58,133 nucleotides of DNA from the NCBI GenBank assembly GCA_964567125.1, contig CAZMLC010000003.1, forward strand, positions 1 to 58,133, written 5' to 3'. This document shows positions 51,436-58,133 of this stretch, piece by piece. The stretch comes from an uncultured Akkermansia sp. GTDB taxonomy: Bacteria > Verrucomicrobiota > Kiritimatiellia > RFP12 > UBA1067. The translations under genes and the position numbers were made by a program. How positions within the stretch are numbered: the stretch's first letter is position 1; every line of letters starts with the position of its first letter. The notes under the pieces were generated by a model that was given only the letters and a program-made list of their open reading frames with translations, made no database searches and had not been told where the DNA came from.

Positions 51436-51468
51436 AAGCAAAAACGGGACACCCGCAGGTGTCCCGTT
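51436..51468 (-). terminator. Rho-independent terminator or attenuator after the GH3 gene
   Basis: Stem AACGGGACACC (51443-51453) / GGTGTCCCGTT (51458-51468) with a 4-nt loop. The minus strand is followed by TTTTTGCTT. It ends only about 14 nt before the next ATG (51422). Confidence 0.65.
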
Positions 51469-51480
51469 GTCCGCGAAACA

Positions 51481-54123
51481 TTAATTGGCTTCCGTGTAGT
51501 CCTGGGTCAGCGTGAAGGTGACCTGCCCCTTGATATCGCGCGAGGAAGCGCCGATTTCCGCGGCGTACGCGCCGGCATCGGCGCGGAAGTTCTTGGCGTG
51601 AACATCGTAGTAGGTCAGATCGCCCGGCTTCACCGCGAGCGTCACGACTTTGCTTTCGCCCGGCAGCAATTCGACCTTGGCGAAATTCTTGAGCGCACGC
51701 ACTTCGCGTTCAACCTTGGGCGACGCAGCGAGATCGCGCACATAGAGCTGGACAACGTCTTGGCCCGCACGCGTGCCGGTATTGGTAACCTTCACGGAGA
51801 CTGTGAGCGTACCGTCCGGCGCAAGCGTCTTGGCGGAAGCGGTGATGGCGTCGTAAGCAAAGGTCGTATAGGAGAGACCGAAGCCGAAGGGGAACATCGG
51901 CGCGATGCGCTTCTTGTCGTACCAGCGATAGCCGATGAAGATGCCTTCCGCGTAAAACGAATTCGTGCCGTTGTAGGTGGCTGCCGATACTGCGGCAGGC
52001 GTATCACTCAATGCGACGGGACAGGTATGTGGCAGCTTGCCCGAGGGATTGACATCGCCGAAGAGGACCGCAGCCAGCGCCGTGCCGGCTTCCATGCCCG
52101 AGTAGCCGAGCTGCACGAGTGTCGCGGCCTGACGGACCCACGGCATTTCCATGGGCGAACCAGAGTGATTGACGATGATCGCCTTGGGCGCCCAGGTCAG
52201 CACCTTGGCGATGGCGTCATCGTGACCGGGAGGCAGGAGCATGTTCGGACGATCAGCGCCTTCGCATTCCAGCGCGCGGCCATGGCCATGTTCAGTGCCG
52301 GTCAGCACGATCACCGCATCGGCCTGACGCACGGTCGCTTCCATTTCGGAAAGGGAGAGTCCTTTTTCCGAAGGCAGGCGCCAGCCGAAGAAACAGGTCG
52401 ATTCGCTCTCGCCGACCGTGTACTCCACGGTGATCGCATATTCCTGCTTCGCGGTCAATGCGATTTCGCCATAGCCCGTGGGCGTGGGGAACTGGGCTTT
52501 CCAGTTGTCCATCACGCGTTTGCCATCGACAAAGATGCGCGTGCCGGCTTTGGCATTGGCGCGGGCGCCGAGCACATAGGTGCCGGTCTCGGGCGCAACG
52601 ACCTTGGCGCTCCAACGCACCGAGAAATCGCCGGGCTGGAGCTCCTTGACGGGCGCATTCATCTTCCAATCGACATTCAGCGCGCGTTGGAAACCAATCG
52701 CCGCAGGTGTTCCGGCGAGGGTCGTATTTGCGAAATAGCTGGCCTTCCAGGCGCGGACCGTCATGCCCTGGTCCTTGATATCCGTGTCGAAGGTGTTGAG
52801 CGCGCTTTCCGGCAGCGCGGCGAGCTTGGCATTCTGGTCGTCGAGCGTCAGCGGCATATAGGCCACGGAAACAGCGGCGCCCAGGCGATTGGTGATTCCT
52901 TCCAGCGGAACGATTTCATACGGCGGTTTACCCTCCGCGCTCCAGCCGCCGTTGCAGTGCTTGGTGATCGCGCCTTTGCCCATGACGACGACGCGTTTGA
53001 GCGCTTTCGGATCCAGCGGGAGAACCTGCCGGTCATTCTTGAGCAGCACGATACCCTCTTCAGCGACGCGGCGGGCAACAGCCTGATGCTCTTTCGTATT
53101 GATGCTGCCCTGGGCGCGCGTGCGGCCATCGAAGAGGCCGACCTTGGCCATCACATAGAGAATGTGCTGGGCCATGGCGGTGATCTCCGCTTCAGTAATC
53201 TGGCCTTCCTTGAGCGCCTTGTTCATTTGTTCCGGTTTAAAGACGCGGATCTGATTGCCGGCGTTCATCTCGATATCCGTTCCGCCCTTGACGCCCTTGA
53301 CCGTGTCGTGGACGCTGCCCCAGTCGGTAATCACAAGACCTTTAAAGCCCCAGGCCTTGCGCAGAATCGTCGTATTGAGATAAGCGTTCTGGCTGCAGAA
53401 TTCAGCTTCGCAGAGCCCCGGGACGGTCAGCTTGTTGTAGGCGTTCATCACGGCCAGCACGCCGGCATCCTTGACTGCGGCGCGGAAAATCGGCAGATAG
53501 GTTTCATGCAAGGTGCGCTCGTCGATCGTGGCGATCACGCTGTTGCGGTTCCACTCCTGGCTGTTGGCGGCAAAGTGCTTCACGCAGGCCGAGACATCGT
53601 GCGACTGAACCGCCTTGATATAGGGAACAGCCATGGCGATGCCGAGGGCCTGATCTTCCGTAAGGTATTCGAAATTGCGTCCGCAGAGTGGGGTGCGCAT
53701 GATATTGACGCCGGGCCCGAGGATCATATCCTTGTTGCGCGCGCGCAATTCGCTGCCGATCACATTGCCGTAGGCGGTTGCGAGATCACGGTTCCACGTC
53801 GCGGCCAACACTTCAAGCGTGGGGAGCGAGGTGGATTGATCCGAGGGATCATCGGCTTTCTTCGCACGATTAAAGGTCATGCGATCCAAGTCCGCGCGCA
53901 CATTGCAGGAGCTGTCGGTAAAATAGAACTCCGTGTTGAGGCCGATGCGCGGAATCGGATTCAGCGACATCGTGCTGATACCCGCGCAGAGCGAGATTTT
54001 CTCCGCTAACGTCATCTTAGCGAGGACCGCGTTAGCTTCGTCAAGAGCAGGGTCAGTGGAAGGCCGGGCGAAACCGACCTGGATGCAGGCGAGCGTAAGG
54101 CATGCTGTGACTATTTTTTTCAT
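51481..54123 (-). CDS. Glycoside hydrolase family 3 beta-glucosidase/BglX-like with an inserted PA14 domain
   Basis: Signal peptide MKKIVTACLTLACIQVGFA. GH3 blocks (GPGVNIMRTPLCGRNFEY, KHFAANSQE, GLVITDWGS). PA14 segment (FSVRWSAKVVAPETGTYVLGARANAKAGTRIFVDGKRV). C-terminal FnIII-like domain. Confidence 0.9.
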   Translation of the reverse strand: MKKIVTACLTLACIQVGFARPSTDPALDEANAVLAKMTLAEKISLCAGISTMSLNPIPRIGLNTEFYFTDSSCNVRADLDRMTFNRAKKADDPSDQSTSLPTLEVLAATWNRDLATAYGNVIGSELRARNKDMILGPGVNIMRTPLCGRNFEYLTEDQALGIAMAVPYIKAVQSHDVSACVKHFAANSQEWNRNSVIATIDERTLHETYLPIFRAAVKDAGVLAVMNAYNKLTVPGLCEAEFCSQNAYLNTTILRKAWGFKGLVITDWGSVHDTVKGVKGGTDIEMNAGNQIRVFKPEQMNKALKEGQITEAEITAMAQHILYVMAKVGLFDGRTRAQGSINTKEHQAVARRVAEEGIVLLKNDRQVLPLDPKALKRVVVMGKGAITKHCNGGWSAEGKPPYEIVPLEGITNRLGAAVSVAYMPLTLDDQNAKLAALPESALNTFDTDIKDQGMTVRAWKASYFANTTLAGTPAAIGFQRALNVDWKMNAPVKELQPGDFSVRWSAKVVAPETGTYVLGARANAKAGTRIFVDGKRVMDNWKAQFPTPTGYGEIALTAKQEYAITVEYTVGESESTCFFGWRLPSEKGLSLSEMEATVRQADAVIVLTGTEHGHGRALECEGADRPNMLLPPGHDDAIAKVLTWAPKAIIVNHSGSPMEMPWVRQAATLVQLGYSGMEAGTALAAVLFGDVNPSGKLPHTCPVALSDTPAAVSAATYNGTNSFYAEGIFIGYRWYDKKRIAPMFPFGFGLSYTTFAYDAITASAKTLAPDGTLTVSVKVTNTGTRAGQDVVQLYVRDLAASPKVEREVRALKNFAKVELLPGESKVVTLAVKPGDLTYYDVHAKNFRADAGAYAAEIGASSRDIKGQVTFTLTQDYTEAN

Positions 54124-54238
54124 GATGGAAATTCTCCTAAATCGATCAAAACACGTCTTTTATCTCATAATTCACGCGCCAGCGTCAAGCCGCGAACCCA
54201 GGCCCCGCCCTAAAGCGGATTTTGTCCGTTCTGCAGGG

Positions 54239-54266
54239 TTGAACTAAAACAGTTGAATATGATAAT
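54239..54266 (+). promoter_or_regulatory. Putative promoter of the hypothetical-MBL-rnhC operon (TTGAAC-16 nt-GATAAT)
   Basis: TTGAACtaaaacagttgaatatGATAAT, 33 nt upstream of ATG 54299. The hexamer choice is ambiguous (TATGAT or TAATCT are also possible). Confidence 0.35.
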
Positions 54267-54298
54267 CTATTAACCATCAAAAAAGGGAGTTTTGGCGT

Positions 54299-54754
54299 AT
54301 GGCGTTATCAAATTGGCGAACAGAGCTGGGCGGGATCCTTGGTGGTCGTGCCCGCGCAACGCGTGCTGAATATGAAAATTCGGTATTCGAGGAATTTCTT
54401 CGCACGGTTGCTATGGCCGCATTAAACGACCTCGCAGAGGAGTTAAATGCAAATCTCGGTCGCGACGCGCAGGTGCGCCTTGCTCCAGGGTCCGCGACGA
54501 TCAGCGTGCGCAACAAGGCGACGGACGCCGAGGAGATCACCTTCCGCGTCATGAAGCATTTCGTGCAAAACGGCATTCTGCCGCGCGCGGAAGTGCGCCT
54601 CAATCGGGGTCAGCGGCTGGTCAAATACGAGAGCATGTTCCGTCCAGATCCGCAGACTTATCCGATTTCCGTTGTGACCGCGGATGATATTATTCAGTGC
54701 TTCCTGCGCTATTATCGCATGGGCATGGAAGGCAACAACAGCGTTGAAGTGTAA
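54299..54754 (+). CDS. Hypothetical protein (151 aa), no family recognised
   Basis: GGGAG SD 8 nt upstream. Followed 9 nt later by the MBL gene. No TM segment or signal peptide. Confidence 0.65.
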   Translation: MALSNWRTELGGILGGRARATRAEYENSVFEEFLRTVAMAALNDLAEELNANLGRDAQVRLAPGSATISVRNKATDAEEITFRVMKHFVQNGILPRAEVRLNRGQRLVKYESMFRPDPQTYPISVVTADDIIQCFLRYYRMGMEGNNSVEV

Positions 54755-54763
54755 GTAGGCATC

Positions 54764-55573
54764 ATGGAATTCTGCGTCTTGGCGAGTGGCAGCCGAGGAA
54801 ACTGCACCTATGTTTCCAGCGGTGGAACCTCGATTTTAGTTGATTTTGGCCTTTCGGCGCGCACCACGGTAAAACGGTTGAGCGAGATCGGCGTTGCGCC
54901 GACAGCGATTGAGGCCGTGCTCTTCTCGCACGATCACGTGGATCACTGGCAAGGCATTGAGACCTTCAGCACGAACTATCCTGTGCGTCTCTTTGCCAAT
55001 GAGGGCACGGCGAGCAGCATTGACGGTGCGTGCAAGAAGTGTGCGCTCACCTGGGAGATCTTCGAGACCGCCAACGTGTTTACCATTGGCGCGTTGCAGA
55101 TTGAGGCTTTTTCGGTTTCGCACGATGCGACGGATACGGTTGGTTTCGTGATTTCCGACGGAAGTGTCAAACTGGCGATTGTGACGGATCTGGGACAATC
55201 ATCGCAGGTCGTTGAGAATAAGTTGCGCCATTGCCATGCGGTGATCCTTGAGAGCAACCATGACTACGAAATGCTGATGCAATCGGAACGGCCCTGGTCG
55301 CTGAAGAGCCGGATCAACGGGCGCAGCGGACATCTCTCGAACGAAGCTGCGGCCGAGTTGATTCAGCGGTCGCTCTCCGATCAGCTGCATGGCATCCTGC
55401 TGGCCCATCTGAGTCAGGATTGCAATACGAAGACCCTGGCGCGCCGCGCCATGGAAACTGTTTTAAAAGAGGCAAACCGCCTGGATGTACACCTCAGCGT
55501 GCTGGAGCAGGAACATCCCAGCGCCCGGTTTCAGTTGACCCGTGAAACCCTGATCATCCAGCAGGTGCCGTGA
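54764..55573 (+). CDS. MBL-fold metallo-hydrolase, YycJ/WalJ-like
   Basis: VLASGSRGNCTYV...ILVDFG...FSHDHVDHWQG (HxHxDH)...SVSHDA...ESNHDYEMLM...GHLSNEAAAEL, colinear with YycJ-type proteins. Confidence 0.85.
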   Translation: MEFCVLASGSRGNCTYVSSGGTSILVDFGLSARTTVKRLSEIGVAPTAIEAVLFSHDHVDHWQGIETFSTNYPVRLFANEGTASSIDGACKKCALTWEIFETANVFTIGALQIEAFSVSHDATDTVGFVISDGSVKLAIVTDLGQSSQVVENKLRHCHAVILESNHDYEMLMQSERPWSLKSRINGRSGHLSNEAAAELIQRSLSDQLHGILLAHLSQDCNTKTLARRAMETVLKEANRLDVHLSVLEQEHPSARFQLTRETLIIQQVP

Positions 55574-55587
55574 GAAAAGGATCTGTT

Positions 55588-56586
55588 ATGCAGGAACCAA
55601 GCAGCCCCGCGAAAAAAAATTCATTCACCTTCGTGTTGACGAAAGAGCAGCAGGAAGCCTTGAAAATTCTGCTGAACATGGGCAATTATCGTAAGAAGGA
55701 GGTTCCGCACACGGTGATCGCCGTGGAGGCGGAAGATTGCAACGTCAACCTCTATACCAGCGGCAAGTGTCTTGTCCAGGGCCGCGGCGCACACGATTTC
55801 GTGCTCTTCTTTCTTGAACCGAACGTCTTGCAGAGCGCGTCGCTCGGCTACGAAGAGGTGCTCAATCCGGAGCTGGTTTCCCCGCACATGGGCATCGACG
55901 AAAGCGGTAAAGGCGACTTCTTCGGTCCGCTGGTGGCCTGCTCGGTCTATGTGGATCGCGACCTCGCGCACGCCATGCAGGAGCTGGGCGTGAAGGACTG
56001 TAAATTGCTGACCGACAAGGCGGTGCTGGCCATTGGCGCCAAGACGCGCCAGCTGCTCACGCCGAAGCGGTTTACCCTCGTGGCAATCGGCAACGAAGCC
56101 TACAATCGGCTCTATGCCAAGATGCGCAATGTCAATACGCTGCTGGCCTGGGCCCATGCGCGCTGCATTGAAAATCTTCTGGAGTCCATGCCGGAATGCC
56201 CGCGCGCCGTGGCCGACCAGTTCGGCGCCAAGCAGGTCATTGAACGTGCGCTGATGAAGAAGGGCCGCTCCATCAAACTGGAACAGCGTCACAAAGCTGA
56301 ATCCGATATCGCGGTGGCCGCCGCATCCGTGCTGGCGCGCGAAGCCTTTTTGCGCAGCCTTGCAAAGATGAAAGACATTTACGGCGTAGAATTCCACAAG
56401 GGCGCTTCGGAGCAGGTGCGCACGTCGGCGATTGAACTCATCAAGAAAAATGATCCGACGATTCTGCTAAAAACGTGCAAATGCCATTTCCGTACAGCCG
56501 ATCAGGTCTTGCAGGCCTGCGGCGCTTCGCGTGCGGCTCTGGGACCTGAGGGGCAAGTGACATCGCGAACAGAACGGGACGCCTAA
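55588..56586 (+). CDS. rnhC: Ribonuclease HIII
   Basis: N-terminal TBP-like domain (FTFVLTKEQQEALKILL...NLYTSGKCLVQG) followed by an RNase HII/HIII core (GIDESGKGDFFGPLV). An alternative GTG at 55570 overlaps the MBL stop (GTGA). Confidence 0.85.
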   Translation: MQEPSSPAKKNSFTFVLTKEQQEALKILLNMGNYRKKEVPHTVIAVEAEDCNVNLYTSGKCLVQGRGAHDFVLFFLEPNVLQSASLGYEEVLNPELVSPHMGIDESGKGDFFGPLVACSVYVDRDLAHAMQELGVKDCKLLTDKAVLAIGAKTRQLLTPKRFTLVAIGNEAYNRLYAKMRNVNTLLAWAHARCIENLLESMPECPRAVADQFGAKQVIERALMKKGRSIKLEQRHKAESDIAVAAASVLAREAFLRSLAKMKDIYGVEFHKGASEQVRTSAIELIKKNDPTILLKTCKCHFRTADQVLQACGASRAALGPEGQVTSRTERDA

Positions 56587-56645
56587 GATTTTCGGGCTTC
56601 GTTGCGCGTTCCTTGCATCATCCTTTAAAAAAGGAGGAACAGCGT

Positions 56646-58133
56646 GTGAATACAACGCACCATCAACGCGTGAGGACAGTCTGCCGGAAAAGCCTCGCAG
56701 GCCTTGTGATCACTGCGGCGCTAACCAGCTGTGCCGCGCCGGATCCTGCGCGCTACAACGTAATCTGGGATTCGCCCAGCGCCGACTGCCACGGCTCCAT
56801 GCCGCTCGGTAACGGCGAGATCGGACTCAACGTATGGACGCTGGCGGATGGTTCGCTCCATCTGCTCATCAGCAAGACCGATGCCTGGGACGAACAGGGC
56901 CGGCTCGTCAAGATCGGCGAGGTGGTGCTGCGCTTCGCACCCGACGTTTTTAAAGGTCCTTTCCGGCAAGAGCTGGATCTGAAGTCGGGCTCCATCGTGA
57001 TTCAGGATAAACTTCGGATCTGGGTGGATGCGCATCATCCCGTGGTGCGCGTGACCACGGACCTGCCCGCGCAAGCGGATCTTGCACTCTGGCGGACAAA
57101 CCGCTGCGAACTGACGCAGCTTCAGACCAGCGACATCATGCAGCATGCGCCGGCAACGCTGCGCAAGCCTGTCTTTATTGAACCCGATACCGTATTGGAA
57201 AAGACCGACGCAGCCATCACATGGTATCATCACAATGTCCAATCCGGTGGTCCGGCGATGCTGGCGCAGATTCAAGGCCTGACCGAATACGCGCAGCCCG
57301 ATCCGCTGGCTGACCGCATCTTCGGGGCACGCCTCGTCAAACGCGCGCAGGGATTCGATATCGTCGTGTTGACGCAACAGCCGTCCACACCGCAACGCTG
57401 GCTGAAGGCCCTCACCGAACTGACCGAACAGACGCGCACGCCCGATTTTGCCGCCCATTGCCGCTGGTGGGCGGACCATGCTGCGCGGAGCTGGTTCTGC
57501 GCCGTGCGCAATCAAACAGCGCAACCCGCATACGCAGCGCCCTATCCAACCAATGCTCATCCGTTGCGCATCGGCGAGGATCAGACCGGCAACAATCGCT
57601 TTGCCGGCGAGATGCGCAATGTTCGCGTGACCACGAATGCGCAGGGGGCCATCACGTTTGCGGCAGAGGTGAGGCCTGCCACGAATGAGAAAGGACGACT
57701 CTTCGATAAGCTGACGCCCGGCAAGCAGGACGGCTTCCTGATCGATACCTATCCGGGAAACAGTCTGCGGCTCATATCAGGTTCCTTCCATCAGGGGGTT
57801 AAAGGCGTGTTGCCGCACGGCGCGTGGGCGCGTATCGAGGCCGTCGCCGATCCGCAGGCCGGCGGATGGCGCGTGGCGATCAACAGCACGAACGTGATCG
57901 ATTCAACCGAAGCGCGGATCAGTGACGATGCGGACTATGTCAGTCAAATGGTCGCCTTGCAGCGCTTCATCACCACCTGCGCGGGACGGGGAACCTTCCC
58001 GATCAAGTTCAACGGGTCGCTCTTCACGGTGGCGCCGGATGTTGCGGGCGATCATGATTTCCGGCGCTGGGGGCCGGGGTATTGGTGGCAAAACACGCGG
58101 CTGCCCTATATCGGCATGTGCGCCTGGGGCGAT
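56646..58133 (+). CDS. DUF5703-like (GH95-N-terminal-like) lipoprotein with a LamG-like insertion; 3' end outside the window
   Basis: Open-ended, so not in the ORF track. The GTG at 56646 is preceded by AAGGAGG at 8 nt. Translation: VNTTHHQRVRTVCRKSLAGLVITAALTSC (lipobox), then YNVIWDSPSADCHGSMPLGNGEIGLNVW...ISKTDAWDEQGRLVKIG. The frame stays open for 496 codons to the window edge. Confidence 0.7.
   Translation, partial: MNTTHHQRVRTVCRKSLAGLVITAALTSCAAPDPARYNVIWDSPSADCHGSMPLGNGEIGLNVWTLADGSLHLLISKTDAWDEQGRLVKIGEVVLRFAPDVFKGPFRQELDLKSGSIVIQDKLRIWVDAHHPVVRVTTDLPAQADLALWRTNRCELTQLQTSDIMQHAPATLRKPVFIEPDTVLEKTDAAITWYHHNVQSGGPAMLAQIQGLTEYAQPDPLADRIFGARLVKRAQGFDIVVLTQQPSTPQRWLKALTELTEQTRTPDFAAHCRWWADHAARSWFCAVRNQTAQPAYAAPYPTNAHPLRIGEDQTGNNRFAGEMRNVRVTTNAQGAITFAAEVRPATNEKGRLFDKLTPGKQDGFLIDTYPGNSLRLISGSFHQGVKGVLPHGAWARIEAVADPQAGGWRVAINSTNVIDSTEARISDDADYVSQMVALQRFITTCAGRGTFPIKFNGSLFTVAPDVAGDHDFRRWGPGYWWQNTRLPYIGMCAWGD

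Noticed and set aside
51373-54009. An 878-aa plus-strand ORF almost exactly antisense to the GH3 gene. Similar long antisense ORFs occur at 8055-9593, 50202-51515, 47765-49072, 34007-35293, 28992-30095, 27765-28775, 15836-16939 and 2330-3451.
   Set aside because: Their translations are Arg/Ala/Gly/Asp-rich with no motifs, signal peptides or SD sequences. The opposite strand encodes clearly recognisable proteins in each case. Long stop-free antisense frames are an expected by-product of codon bias at about 60% GC, so I treat them as shadow ORFs.
1-58133. A search by eye for tRNA, rRNA, tmRNA, CRISPR arrays, integrases, transposases, reverse transcriptases, toxin-antitoxin pairs and known defence genes.
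   Set aside because: None was recognised. All intergenic regions are 380 nt or shorter, AT-rich and promoter-like rather than structured-RNA-like. This negative result rests on visual inspection and should be confirmed with tRNAscan-SE, Infernal/Rfam, and DefenseFinder or PADLOC.

Overview
This is a chromosomal segment of about 58 kb with roughly 60% GC. The gene content suggests a PVC-superphylum bacterium (Verrucomicrobiota, Lentisphaerota or Kiritimatiellota-like): giant secreted proteins with autotransporter-associated beta-strand repeats, DUF1080, a prenyltransferase/squalene-oxidase-repeat protein and RNase HIII. I call about 45 protein-coding genes, two of them open-ended at the window edges and so absent from the ORF track. 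By eye I found no rRNA, tRNA, CRISPR array, integrase, transposase, reverse transcriptase or recognisable defence gene. Gene order: (1) the start of the dcw cluster, mraZ-rsmH-ftsL-ftsI (minus strand); (2) giant secreted protein A; (3) an Elp3-like radical SAM gene that ends directly against larC; (4) a tight purM-hom-lysC-cimA-larC string; (5) a coiled-coil membrane protein plus a mini-lipoprotein; (6) DUF1080 plus an animal-type GH56-like hyaluronidase homologue; (7) an eight-gene minus-strand string, GH31-fucP-fucU-fkp-dctPQM-usp, that looks like L-fucose salvage to GDP-fucose; (8) esterase, ArsD-like protein, beta-propeller protein and an ECF sigma/anti-sigma pair; (9) yejB/yejE-like permeases-DUF493-MalK-like ATPase-nadD-rsfS; (10) giant secreted proteins B and C in tandem; (11) a periplasmic prenyltransferase-like protein divergent from a YbbA/YbbP-like ABC pair; (12) a GH-like lipoprotein and a GH3; (13) hypothetical protein, WalJ-like MBL nuclease and RNase HIII; (14) a DUF5703-like lipoprotein (partial). 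No classical novel system such as a defence island or RiPP cluster is evident. The observations most worth following up are: (a) a shared, very short hydrophobic-then-basic C-terminal tail found only on the three giant surface proteins; (b) a bacterial GH56-like enzyme; (c) a homologous Gly/Arg/Pro tandem insert present in two unrelated, divergently transcribed neighbours; (d) several reused promoter, leader and operator motifs. All functional calls rest on motif recognition by eye and need HMM or BLAST confirmation.
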